Assembly (NCBI GenBank): GCA_044376115.1
Contig: JBILLK010000024.1
Location: 32,001-96,000 of the forward strand
DNA length: 64,000 nt
DNA from: Polyangiaceae bacterium
Lineage (GTDB): Bacteria > Myxococcota_A > Polyangia > Polyangiales > Polyangiaceae
Reading direction: 5' to 3'
A program made the translations under genes and the position numbers. A model generated the notes under the pieces. That model worked only from the letters and a program-made list of their open reading frames with translations, made no database searches and was not told the origin of the DNA. Shown piece by piece: positions 9,309 through 19,053 of this stretch (positions are counted from its first letter, which is position 1; every line of letters begins with the position of its first letter).

Positions 9309-10764
9309 CCGAAGGTTGCGCTGCGGCGAGCTTGCTGCGTAGCGCCAGCTCGAGTTTGCCGTAGATCCCGCCGAAGGCACCGTTGCTCAGCAGTGCAACG
9401 TGATCACCGGGGCGAACCTCCGCGGCGATCAGCTCGACGATCTGCTCCACCGACGTACACGCTCGCGCATGAATCGAGCGCGCCTCGAGCTCCTTGGCGA
9501 GCGCCTGCAGATCCAAACGCTCCGCCTCCGGGATGTCGCTGCGACCGAGCGGCGCGAACAGCACCTCGGCCGCACTGCCGAAGCTCTCGGCGTACTCGGC
9601 TTGATGCAGCGAGCGACAAGCTGTCGCGCTGCGCGGCTCGAACACGGCCCACAACCTGCCGCCGCTCGGTTTGAGCGCCGCGAGCGTTTCGCGCACGGCC
9701 GTGGGGTGATGCGCAAAGTCGTCAAACACGCGCACACCGTCGATGTTGTAGAGCAACTCTTGCCGGCGCTTCACCCCGCGGAAGGACTCGAGAGCGCTCA
9801 TCGCGAGCTTGAGGTCGACGCCGTAGCCTTGGCAGCAGGCCGCGAGCGCCGCGAGCGCGTTGCGCATGTTGTGTTCGCCGGGCACCGCCATGTTCACGCG
9901 CCCGGCCAGCGAGCCGCCGACGTACAAGTCGAAGGCGCTGGTGCCGTATACCGGCGCGCCGCAAAAATGAGGCGGAGCCGCGGCCTCATCCGAAGCCAGG
10001 GCGTAAAAACTCACCGGCGCGCGGCTGGTCTGCGCAATTTTAACGACATGTGCCGAGTGCGCGCTGGCGACCAGCAGACCTTCCGGTGCAATGCGCTCAA
10101 CGAAACCACTGAAGGCGGCGTCGTAGGCTTCGGCGTTCGGATAGATGTCGATGTGATCGTGTTCGATCGAGGTGATGATCCCGACCTCGGGGCGGTAGTG
10201 CCAGAACTTGGGCGTCTTCTCGAAGAAGGCCGTGTCGTACTCGTCGCCTTCGACCACCACCGGCGTGCGGCGCGGGTTCTTGCGCGTGCCAGCGGTCGGT
10301 AAGCGGCGTGCGCCGGGGATGCGGAAACTGACGCCGAAGTTCGCTGGGATGCCGCCGATCAAGAAGCCCGGCGTGAGGCCGGCCTCGCTCAAAACGTGGG
10401 CGCACATCGCGCTGGTGGTGGTCTTGCCGTGGGTACCACCGACGACCAGCGGGGCGCGACCTTCGAGCACGTGCTGTGCGAGCGCATGCGCCATCGAAGC
10501 GTACGGCAGCCCACCATCGATCGCCGCGCGCGCCTCGGGATTGTTCGGCCGACACACGTTGCCGATCACCACCAAGTCCGGCCGCGGCTCGAGGTTCTCC
10601 GGCGAAAAGCCTTGCTTGAGCTCGATGCCCCAGGCCTCGAGCGCTGGGCCCATCGGCGGGTAGAAGGCCACGTCGGAGCCGGTCACCCGGTGACCCATCT
10701 CTTTGAAAAGACCGGCCAGCGCGCCCATGCCGGTGCCAGCGACGGCGACAAAGTGAACGAACAT
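9301..10764 (-). CDS. mpl: UDP-N-acetylmuramate:L-Ala-gamma-D-Glu-mDAP ligase (murein peptide ligase)
   Basis: AGTGMGALA, GSDVAFYPPM, GTHGKTTTS, EGDEYDTAFFEK, DDFAHHPTA, FEPRSAT and SNGAFGGI motifs. Confidence 0.92.
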   Translation of the reverse strand: MFVHFVAVAGTGMGALAGLFKEMGHRVTGSDVAFYPPMGPALEAWGIELKQGFSPENLEPRPDLVVIGNVCRPNNPEARAAIDGGLPYASMAHALAQHVLEGRAPLVVGGTHGKTTTSAMCAHVLSEAGLTPGFLIGGIPANFGVSFRIPGARRLPTAGTRKNPRRTPVVVEGDEYDTAFFEKTPKFWHYRPEVGIITSIEHDHIDIYPNAEAYDAAFSGFVERIAPEGLLVASAHSAHVVKIAQTSRAPVSFYALASDEAAAPPHFCGAPVYGTSAFDLYVGGSLAGRVNMAVPGEHNMRNALAALAACCQGYGVDLKLAMSALESFRGVKRRQELLYNIDGVRVFDDFAHHPTAVRETLAALKPSGGRLWAVFEPRSATACRSLHQAEYAESFGSAAEVLFAPLGRSDIPEAERLDLQALAKELEARSIHARACTSVEQIVELIAAEVRPGDHVALLSNGAFGGIYGKLELALRSKLAAAQPSVD

Positions 10765-10820
10765 CCCTCCCCTCCTACTCGGCGTTGGCCTCGGTGGACA
10801 AAAAGCGGGACACTTGGCGC

Positions 10821-12752
10821 ATGCGCGCGACCACGTTTGCAGCCGGGTTTGCCTTGATCGGGGTGGTGCTGGTGTCGTGTGGAGACGACGGAACCGCGAC
10901 GTCTAACGACTCGGGAGGGTCGGCCGGCAGCGGAGCGACAGGCGGGGCAACGAGCTCGAGCGATCTCACCATCTCGCCGCCCACGGTGGCCGTCGAGCTG
11001 ACGCTGCTGGAACCGGCCGCGCAGATCTCCTTCACAGCGACCTCGACGCCGACCGGTGGCGTCGGCTCCGACGTAACGGCCCAAGCGGAGTGGACGACCG
11101 ACAGCCCTACGCTCGGGAGCATCGCGGCGGGCAGCTTCACGCCGGCGGGCTTCGCTGGAACGGCCACGATCAGCGCGAGCTACGGCCCAGCCACGGCCAG
11201 CGCCGAGGTGCAGATCAAGGTCGTGGGTGACGTCGTGATCGATGGGGAGGCGGAGGTCGTCGACGCCTTCGACGCTGCAACGCCCGACCCGAACGCGGAC
11301 AACGCACCGGCGCTCGAGTACCCGGAGGACGGCGTCGTATTGCCGTCCAATTTGCCGCCGATCGAAACGCAGTGGTCAGCCGGAATCGGCAACACGGCCT
11401 ATCGGGTTCGACTGCAAGCCGAGGAGCTGCTCGACGTCGCCTTCTACACGTCGCAACGCGAGCTGCTGCTGCCGCCTGCGATCTGGGAGACGATCAAGCT
11501 CTCGACCTTCGACTCGCCGATCAGCCTTTCGATCGATGGGCTCGGCCCCGCGGGGGAGCTGCGTCAGGGAGCGCCGCGTACGTTGACGATCAGCGCCGAT
11601 AGCATCGATGACTCGGCGATCTACGTGTGGCAGTCGTCGACCGGGAGCTTCCGCGTGCTCGATATCGCAGCGGGCACCGATGTCGCGCTGCCCTCCAATG
11701 CGCCGGCCCTTGCGCCAGGCCAACCTTGTTCGGGCTGCCACCGCATCAGTCGGGACGGCAAACGCTTCGCGTACTCGTTCAATGGCGCGAACTTCCAAGT
11801 GGGCACGCTGGCCTACGACGACAGCACGCAGTCCTTCTTGGAGACCTTCGCTCCGCAGCCGGGCGTTCGTGGGACCTACGCGACCTTCAATCCGCTCGAG
11901 GACCTCAGCGGCCCAGCGATGCTGCTCACCGTCCCCGACGACGTGCCGCAAAACACGGCGGGGCAGACGCGGGTTGCGTTGGTTCACCCCGAGACCAACA
12001 CGCCGCTCGCATCCAATCTCGCAGCGCGGCTCGGGGAGCTCGGGCTTGCTTCGACGCTGATGCCGGATTGGTCCCCCGACGGTTCCTTCGTCGTGATGGT
12101 CGCTTACGACTCGAACCAGAACTTCGTACGCGAGCTCGGAGATGACGTGGTCAACGCATCAATCGTCGAACTGCCGGTGACGTACATGGCCGGGAGTCAG
12201 ACGTTCGAATTCGGTCCGCCCACGGTGCGCGTCTCTCCGGCCGTCGGGAACCCGGATACCGCCGAGAACAACTTCCTACCGACCGTCTCGCCGGACGGCA
12301 GCGCGATCGCCTTCACTCGCGCGTCGGGCTGGTGGTCGATCAAGACGCAACAATCGCTGATCAACCAATCGGGGCAGATCTCGCTGGTGCGCCGTGAAGA
12401 CAACACCGTGCTCGAGCTGGTCAAAGGATCGAACGGCGGTGGCACGACGCTGCACAGCACCTGGCCGCAGTGGGCGCCGAGCGTCGGAAGCCGCTACCTC
12501 TGGCTGGCTTATTCGAGTCAGCGCCCGTACGGACATCGCCTCACCCCGGCGAGCCCCGAGAACGACCAATGCACGCTGATCCAAGGTCAGACGCAGTGCA
12601 AACAGCTGTGGGTCACGGCCATCGATCGCGCCGAGCTCGCGAGCGGAGCGATCGACCCCAGCCGCGCCCCCTTCTGGATCCCCGGCCAGACGCTCGCCGC
12701 ACAATACGTCAGCCCGCAGTGGGTGAAGGCCGTGCCGATCACGCCGCAGTGA
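10821..12752 (+). CDS. TolB-like beta-propeller lipoprotein with Ig-like domain and one CxxCH motif
   Basis: Lipobox LVSC, Gly/Ser linker, PDWSPDG/PTVSPDG/WPQWAP PD40-like repeats, CSGCH at 11727-11741. Confidence 0.75.
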   Translation: MRATTFAAGFALIGVVLVSCGDDGTATSNDSGGSAGSGATGGATSSSDLTISPPTVAVELTLLEPAAQISFTATSTPTGGVGSDVTAQAEWTTDSPTLGSIAAGSFTPAGFAGTATISASYGPATASAEVQIKVVGDVVIDGEAEVVDAFDAATPDPNADNAPALEYPEDGVVLPSNLPPIETQWSAGIGNTAYRVRLQAEELLDVAFYTSQRELLLPPAIWETIKLSTFDSPISLSIDGLGPAGELRQGAPRTLTISADSIDDSAIYVWQSSTGSFRVLDIAAGTDVALPSNAPALAPGQPCSGCHRISRDGKRFAYSFNGANFQVGTLAYDDSTQSFLETFAPQPGVRGTYATFNPLEDLSGPAMLLTVPDDVPQNTAGQTRVALVHPETNTPLASNLAARLGELGLASTLMPDWSPDGSFVVMVAYDSNQNFVRELGDDVVNASIVELPVTYMAGSQTFEFGPPTVRVSPAVGNPDTAENNFLPTVSPDGSAIAFTRASGWWSIKTQQSLINQSGQISLVRREDNTVLELVKGSNGGGTTLHSTWPQWAPSVGSRYLWLAYSSQRPYGHRLTPASPENDQCTLIQGQTQCKQLWVTAIDRAELASGAIDPSRAPFWIPGQTLAAQYVSPQWVKAVPITPQ

Positions 12753-12823
12753 GAGGGAGGGCTACGGCGCACCAAATCTTCCAGGCACAGGCAACTTTGG
12801 AGCTCGGTGGGTGAAAAGGAGGC

Positions 12824-13636
12824 ATGAGAACCCTTGGGCATCACCTAACGCTGCGGCTCGTCGAAGACGATTGGATCGCGCGCGAGGTTGCGGCGCGGCG
12901 CGCCTTGTCGCGGACAGTTTATGCGTGCGGGGACACACGCGGACTCCTTGCCTTTCGTGTGACGGACAATCACCTCCACGTTTTGCTCGAGTGCTCGCGT
13001 GAGACGGCTGGCCAGTTTGCGCGGGTGGCTCTTCCCGCTTTGCGACGGGTGCTTGCACTCGAGACGTCCTTCGAGTGCGCGCGGATTCGGCCGGTCACGT
13101 CCTTGCGCCACCTAGCGAACGCGCTCGCGTACGTCTTCGAGCAAGGACGACGGCACGACAGCAGCTTCGATCTTGCACATGACGGCAGCAGCCTTCCGGA
13201 GCTGCTGGGCCTTCGTTGCTTGGAGGTCACTCGCACTCTGCGACGTGTTCGCGCAACGTTTCCTCGCCTCCAGCGTGCTCAGCTCGAGGCCTGGCTCGGT
13301 GCGGCCGACCTTGGGACCGAGGCCATCGTGCCGGAGCTGGCCGTTCTCGCCGAGGCAGCGGCTGCGGCAGTTGCGCTGCCAAACCTCAATAACCGCGGCG
13401 TCACTGCGCGCACGGTAAAGTTCGCAGCCATTCGGGTGGGCCGCACTTGGTGGAGCGCCCCGGAGCTTCGCCAAAGCCTCGCGCTCTCTCGCAGCGCCTT
13501 TCATCGCGTAGAGAACCTCCATGTGCCCGCCGCGAAGGCCCTCGAGCGCGCGGTCCTCGGGCAACTTCACCTGCGCAGCCGCCTTGCGCGGGCGGCACAA
13601 GCTTCCGGATTGTCCCATAACCCGCGCTCGCCCTGA
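12824..13636 (+). mobile_element. HUH/Y1 tyrosine transposase-like protein (RAYT/IS200 TnpA-like) with C-terminal HTH-like extension
   Basis: HHLTLR N-terminus, LLAFRVTDNHLHVLL (HUH), candidate catalytic Tyr in LAYVFEQ, DGSS resembling the WSS motif. RBS AAGGAGG. Confidence 0.75.
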
Positions 13637-14017
13637 ACGACCGGCAGATATGGGACGCGTACGCGCCTGCAATGCCACGCTTCGTCCCATAACGCGCCTT
13701 CGCCCAGAACGACCGGCGGATATGGGACGTTCGCGGCCCCGCACGGCGCTAGGCGGAGCCAGTGGCGTCCCATATCGCCGGGTCGCCCGGAACGAGCGCG
13801 GGATATGGGACGGCGGCCGGCACTGCCCGGCACTGCGAAGACCGATCCCGGCACTGCCCGGCCCTGCGCGCCGATCCCAGCGCTGCGCGGCGCTGGAGGC
13901 GTCCCATAACGCCGTGTCGCCCGGAACCGGAGTGGACGGAATCCACGAGGTGGACGGAGTCCAGAGAGGTCTACGGAGTGCCTTTGGCACGACGTGAACG
14001 ACCCGCGGATATGGGAC
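13612..14017. repeat. Array of four 45-bp palindromic REP-like units (fourth one interrupted)
   Basis: Consensus GTCCCATAWC-N6-TCG-CCCNGAA-CGA-N6-GATATGGGAC at 13612-13656, 13684-13728 and 13767-13811, plus a split unit at 13901-14017. Confidence 0.9.
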
Positions 14018-14055
14018 GTTCGCGGCCCCTCACCGCGCTCCATACACCCCGCCGG

Positions 14056-15153
14056 TCACGGCTTCGCGCCGACGCAGCCTGCTTCCTGCAGGTCGGTATC
14101 GCGGATGAACAAATGGCCGTTCAACCCTGCCACCTGGATGGGGGTCCAGCCCGGCGGGGTCTGCGGCTTGGGCGTCGGAACGAAGCTGACGCCCTCGCGG
14201 ATCTCACCAAGCCACACGGGTCCGTGCGCGCTGTCAGCGGCGATTCGAACCTTGCTCTGGCAGCTAACGCCATAGCGCGGGGTGAGTCGCTCCGGCTCGG
14301 CAGGCTTGCGGCCAATTGAACCGAGCGGTGCGAGCAGTCCGTGGCCGCTGGTAGGCGGCTTCGTAAGCGAGTTTGCGGCCACCCAGCCGGTGAGCGTTCC
14401 TTCGGGTGAAGGGACCTCGACGCGCACGAAGCCGCCGCGACGCTCGAGCTCGATCGCTTCAAGCGTGGTCCCGACGGGAGGCTTGATCGAAAAGCCACCA
14501 CGGTCATCGGGCTCCGGCGCAGACTGCAGCTGCACGCCCTCCTTGGCCAGCAGGTGGACCGCTTTGCCGGAGGAAGGGTCGAGCGGCGCTGGCGGCGACG
14601 TCGCGAGCTCGCTGCAGCGGAGCCGCTCCTCGATCGGTAGCAGCGAAGGCTCGATCAGGCTGTGGCGCATGAGCTTGACGACGACGCTGTCGGCGTCGAC
14701 CGAGACCAACTCAACCTGGGTCTTTCGATTCGGCGTCAGCATGCCTCCGACGAGGCGGCGGCTGGGCTGCACCCAGAGCGGGACCTTGCTCATGTCGACC
14801 AGACCTCGTGCAGTCGTACCGAAGCCATCGACCTCCGCCATAGCGATGCTTCCATCCCCGGCCGCGATCCGAAAGCGGGCCAGCTCAAAGTACGAGTTCA
14901 CCCAAACCGCCGAAAGGCCGACATCGGCGAGGGTCGCGTAAAGCCGCAGCGGCGGAGCTGTGCTGGGGGTCTGTTGCGCCTCGAGCTCGCACACAAAAGC
15001 GCCCAGTTCTTCAACGCGGCCAGCCTCCACGGGTGGCACCGACTCAACGCTGAGCGAAGGCGTCACGCTGGGTGTCGTGACGAGGCTCGGCTCGCCCGCA
15101 GCACAGGCCGACAGCGCGAGAACGCCAGCCCACGGAACTGCGAGTCTTCTCAT
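14056..15153 (-). CDS. Hypothetical lipoprotein (possible SH3-like C-terminal part)
   Basis: Lipobox LALSAC. Segment GFVRVEV...LTGWV is SH3-like. Confidence 0.6.
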   Translation of the reverse strand: MRRLAVPWAGVLALSACAAGEPSLVTTPSVTPSLSVESVPPVEAGRVEELGAFVCELEAQQTPSTAPPLRLYATLADVGLSAVWVNSYFELARFRIAAGDGSIAMAEVDGFGTTARGLVDMSKVPLWVQPSRRLVGGMLTPNRKTQVELVSVDADSVVVKLMRHSLIEPSLLPIEERLRCSELATSPPAPLDPSSGKAVHLLAKEGVQLQSAPEPDDRGGFSIKPPVGTTLEAIELERRGGFVRVEVPSPEGTLTGWVAANSLTKPPTSGHGLLAPLGSIGRKPAEPERLTPRYGVSCQSKVRIAADSAHGPVWLGEIREGVSFVPTPKPQTPPGWTPIQVAGLNGHLFIRDTDLQEAGCVGAKP

Positions 15154-15251
15154 GCGCGCATTCAACCACGCGGCGCATCGGCTCGCGACAGCGATGGTCA
15201 TTGACGTTGCTTTGCGAGGACGTGCGGCTCGCAGCAGGTGTACGGTTCGCT

Positions 15252-15851
15252 ATGGCCAAGCGCTCGCTCGAGTTCTTCTACGACTTCGCGTCCCCCTACA
15301 GCTACCTCGCCGCGACTCAGCTCGATGGCCTCGCCGAGCGAACCGGCGCCGAGATCATCTGGAAGCCGATGGTCCTAGGCGCCGTATTCCAGAGCGCGGG
15401 AAACGACATGCCGGCGAAGGTCCCGGCGAAGGCGCCCTACCTCTTGCGCGATCTCGATCGCTGGGCGCGCCACTATCGAGTCGCCTTCAAGATGTCGAGC
15501 CACTGGCCCGCACCCAGCATCGCCGCGCAGCGTCTCTGTCTCGTGGCGGACGAGTCGGGCAAGGGTGCTGAGCTCGGCAAACGGATCTTCGTCGCCATGT
15601 GGGTCGAGGATCGCGACATCAATAACGAGGCCGAACTCGGCAAGCTCGCAGCCGAGGTCGGGCTCGAGGCGGAGACCGCCCTCGCACGCTCCAAGTCGCC
15701 CGAGATCAAGCAGCGCCTGCGGGCCAACACCGACGAGGCCCTCGCGCGCGGCGCCTTCGGTGCGCCGGCCCTGTTCGTCGGCGACGAACTGTTCTGGGGC
15801 AACGACCGCCTCCATTTCGTTGAAGACGCGCTAGAGCGAAGCTCGACATAA
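15252..15851 (+). CDS. 2-hydroxychromene-2-carboxylate isomerase / GST-kappa (DsbA family)
   Basis: FFYDFASPYSYLA and GAFGAPALFVGDELFWGNDRL motifs. Confidence 0.92.
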   Translation: MAKRSLEFFYDFASPYSYLAATQLDGLAERTGAEIIWKPMVLGAVFQSAGNDMPAKVPAKAPYLLRDLDRWARHYRVAFKMSSHWPAPSIAAQRLCLVADESGKGAELGKRIFVAMWVEDRDINNEAELGKLAAEVGLEAETALARSKSPEIKQRLRANTDEALARGAFGAPALFVGDELFWGNDRLHFVEDALERSST

Positions 15852-15865
15852 CCGACCTGAGAGCC

Positions 15866-16759
15866 TCAGCACGCGTACACCACGGCCGCGCCAAGGGCGA
15901 TGGCGAGCCACAGCCCGATCCGGGTGCGAGCAGCTCTCCGCGCAGACGCCAAGGACCAGGTTCCGATCCGTGTTCCCGAGCCAAATACGAGGACGGCCTT
16001 TGCGTCGCGAAACGCGGGTGGCTCAGGGCCACTTTCGAGCGTGGCCGTTCCAACGACGCAGATCGCCGTACCCTCGCTGATCGACCACATTGCCAGGGGC
16101 GTGGTCAGGGCCTGGTGCGCCGAGATGTCGACGCCGAGTTCTTGCTTGGCTCGCTTTCCCAAGGCCCCGCCCATGCTCCACGGTCGCTCGCAGAACTCGA
16201 TGCGGGCAGGATCGACGAGGACTCTACGTTCATGGTCGCGAACCTCGAACCGCCCGGGACTTGTCCATCGCCTGCCCTCGTGTCGGGCGAGCCACGCCAC
16301 CGCCTCGAGCTCCGTGCCTGGCACACGCGTTGGAGCGTCTATCGCATGTGCCGCACCTTCGAACACAACCCTCCCGCGCGGCTCTCCCGTACGAGGTGCT
16401 GGTGGACCTCGCAAGCGAGCGTGCTCGACCAGCCCCGCAGCGAGCCCAACGAGCGCGACAACCAGCGCGACGACCGCGGTGCTGGTAGCGGTCGAGGTAG
16501 CGAGACACTCGCTCACGAGAGCGATAGCAACCATCGGTAAGAAGAACCCAGCCAACCCAGCCAAAGCCTTCGCTGCGACGCGGTGCTTCGCCAATTCATG
16601 CTCACTGCTGCTGCGCCACCCGAGGACCAATCCCGCCGCCATCGCTGTGAACGCGGGGAACAGCAATCCGACCCACCTCGAGTTCACCAAAGCGAAGCCA
16701 AGAAACACCGCCACAACCGCGACCAACACGGCATCCCGCTTGAGGCGATCAATCACCAC
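15866..16759 (-). CDS. Hypothetical membrane protein
   Basis: Four N-terminal TM helices, a soluble beta region and a C-terminal TM helix. GTG start. Confidence 0.6.
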   Translation of the reverse strand: MVIDRLKRDAVLVAVVAVFLGFALVNSRWVGLLFPAFTAMAAGLVLGWRSSSEHELAKHRVAAKALAGLAGFFLPMVAIALVSECLATSTATSTAVVALVVALVGLAAGLVEHARLRGPPAPRTGEPRGRVVFEGAAHAIDAPTRVPGTELEAVAWLARHEGRRWTSPGRFEVRDHERRVLVDPARIEFCERPWSMGGALGKRAKQELGVDISAHQALTTPLAMWSISEGTAICVVGTATLESGPEPPAFRDAKAVLVFGSGTRIGTWSLASARRAARTRIGLWLAIALGAAVVYAC

Positions 16760-16842
16760 GGAAGGCTAACTCAGTCTTTGCTCGATCCAGTCGTCGCGTA
16801 GAGCTTCCCGGGGGCTTCACTCTTCGCCGTTGAGTCGAAGCT

Positions 16843-18960
16843 TCACTCGGGCAAGAGGATTGAAGCCTCGTTCGTCTCGGACGCCACGCTGTTGCCGCTG
16901 AAGTCGCAGTCGATTGACTCGGCGGTGGCTCCGCCTTGCAGGGCGAGCCCGAACTCACCGCCGAAGGCGCGCACGCGCTCGAGTTGGTGCGCTTCGCCCT
17001 CCAGAACGATGCCTGCTTGCTCGTAGCCTTCGAACCAGCAGTCGGTGAGCTTCACTCCGTCAACGGCATCGTCTTGGAACACGAGGCCGGCGGAGATGGG
17101 CCCGGCCGGTTCGCTCAGTCCGTTGAGGTTGACCTTCGAGATCATGCTCGCGGCGACACCTTCAACCACCGTCTCGCTTATCTCGCCGCTGGCGTCGTCG
17201 CTCAGGAAGATGGCCGCTCCGTGCGTGTCCGCGATCGTCGTCTTCTCAACGCGGAGGGTCGTATACTTTCCCCCGGCGGCGATTCCGATGCCTTCGGTTC
17301 CATCGACCCCAGGAATGTTCTCGATCCGGCATGAGCGCACAGTGGTGGTGCTGGGCATATCGGTTTCTCTCGGAGCAAAGATCCCGTACTCCTCCGCTCC
17401 CGAGATGAAGGTTCGCTCGATGGTTGCACCGCCAGCAATGGTGGCGATCCCTATGCCAGCTTCGAAGCCGAACGCGTCTCGGAATGCGACGCCCTCGATC
17501 ACGTTGCCGCTCACGTGCGCGCCAAGAAGAAGCGACATCCCGGTAACCCCGACGTTGGTGATGACGTCCTTCTCGCTGAACAAGACGGGTGTATCTCCAT
17601 CAGCAAATGCCTGGTCAATGCCACCAAATTGCGCATTGGTCATCCAGTTGCCATTGGTGCGAAGCTCGCCAGCGTACTGAGTTGCTGCGGAGGTCGCCGC
17701 GTCGGTCAGCACGTTGCGCTCCGCCAGCACGACGCTGCTGTTTCCCTGCACGCTTAGCAACAAGCCGTAGACAAGATCCGTGGACTCGGCGACGACGCTA
17801 TCGCGAATCGTCGCGAGCCCATCGTCGACAGAAATCCCATAGCCAACCCGCCTGATCACCGACCCGTCGACGGTCAGCTCGCTGCCGCCTTCGACGTAGA
17901 CGCCAAGTGCAAAGGCGCCGCTGTCCGGCAAGACGGTATCGACGAAGACGTCTTCGGCCGAGAGCGAGGAGCCGCCTGCGGCTGCGAAGCCCCCGGTGCG
18001 GGCGCGCACGATCGCCGTCTGGCTCAGTTCGAGCTGGGCGCCTTGAGACACCAGGGCTCCGTAGGCGAAGCCGAGCGCGTCGGTGATGGCGACATCTTCG
18101 ATCAGCGTGCGGGAGACGCTGGCCACGGCAGTCCCTTGCACGTGGACGCCCCGCCCGACGTCGTGGATATGCACGCGTTCGATGGCGAGCTCGCCTCCCC
18201 CAGCGGCGATGCCCACCGTCTCTGAGGTCAAGGCCACGCCGGCGAGGCTCGCCGTTTCGCCCATCGCGAGCAGGACGCGCACCGTTGCAACGGCAGGCTC
18301 CACCGACGAGAGCGTCACCTTGCTCGCGCAAATCCCTTCGAGCCGCAGCGGCCTGTCGATCACGATTTCGCCTTCATAGCCGCCTTCAGCGATCACGATG
18401 CGATCGCCGTCAGCAGCGGCCGCCATGGCAGCGGCGATCGATGCGAAGGGTTTCGCGCGGGAGCCGTCCGAGTCATCGAGGAGGTACGCACGATCAACGT
18501 GCACGTCGTCCGCGGCCTCGACGATGGCGCCCCATTTACCGCTACCGCAGCCGGCATCTCCATCGATCGAGACGCAGCCGAGCGACGGTACCGGAAAGAA
18601 GCCAGCATCGCAGGCGTCGACGGGCGGAAGGCAGATCCCCCGAGCATCAATGAACTCGGCCGCGCAATTCGGTACGCCCACCGCAACGCAGCCCACGTCG
18701 ATGTCGGGCACCATACCCGGCGCGCACTTGCTCACGGACGGACGACACACGCCGTCCTCGATGAAGGACTCGTGGCAGCCGTCGATGCCGGCCGTCGGCT
18801 TCTCGAGCACCGGGGGAGCCGCGCCGCTTCCGCCAGAGCCTCCGCTACCGCCAGAGCCGCCGCTGCCACCAGAGCCGCCGGTGTCTGCCGGTTCGTCGTC
18901 GCCGCAGCCGGAGACGGCAGCGGCAACTATCAGGCACGCAAGGTGAATGTGGTTCTTCAT
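16843..18960 (-). CDS. Lipoprotein with Cys-rich region and right-handed parallel beta-helix
   Basis: Lipobox VSGC, (GGS)n linker, Cys repeats, DGSRAKPFASIAAA...IAEGGY (DUF1565-type entry motif) and pectin-lyase-like repeats. Confidence 0.8.
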   Translation of the reverse strand: MKNHIHLACLIVAAAVSGCGDDEPADTGGSGGSGGSGGSGGSGGSGAAPPVLEKPTAGIDGCHESFIEDGVCRPSVSKCAPGMVPDIDVGCVAVGVPNCAAEFIDARGICLPPVDACDAGFFPVPSLGCVSIDGDAGCGSGKWGAIVEAADDVHVDRAYLLDDSDGSRAKPFASIAAAMAAAADGDRIVIAEGGYEGEIVIDRPLRLEGICASKVTLSSVEPAVATVRVLLAMGETASLAGVALTSETVGIAAGGGELAIERVHIHDVGRGVHVQGTAVASVSRTLIEDVAITDALGFAYGALVSQGAQLELSQTAIVRARTGGFAAAGGSSLSAEDVFVDTVLPDSGAFALGVYVEGGSELTVDGSVIRRVGYGISVDDGLATIRDSVVAESTDLVYGLLLSVQGNSSVVLAERNVLTDAATSAATQYAGELRTNGNWMTNAQFGGIDQAFADGDTPVLFSEKDVITNVGVTGMSLLLGAHVSGNVIEGVAFRDAFGFEAGIGIATIAGGATIERTFISGAEEYGIFAPRETDMPSTTTVRSCRIENIPGVDGTEGIGIAAGGKYTTLRVEKTTIADTHGAAIFLSDDASGEISETVVEGVAASMISKVNLNGLSEPAGPISAGLVFQDDAVDGVKLTDCWFEGYEQAGIVLEGEAHQLERVRAFGGEFGLALQGGATAESIDCDFSGNSVASETNEASILLPE

Positions 18961-19053
18961 GAGCTGGTTCCTACAAATCGAAGGTTGGGGCTACGTAGAG
19001 CCGGTTTCTGCGCGCGAGCGTCCGCTCTCGCGTGCGGACGGAGTCCTCCTTGG

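Noticed and set aside
13612..14017. CRISPR array
   Set aside because: Units vary internally, spacers are irregular (27, 38, 89 bp) and partly repeated (GTTCGCGGCCCC twice, CGGCACTGCC tandem), and no cas genes are present. REP-like fits better.
13112..14319. ORFs 13112-13990(-), 13521-13997(+) and 13762-14319(+)
   Set aside because: They run across the palindromic array, give Arg/Pro-rich repetitive translations and have no recognisable motifs.
19010..19036. GC hairpin between the two lipoprotein genes as a terminator
   Set aside because: Imperfect stem with no U-tract on the coding strand. At most an mRNA-stabilising hairpin.
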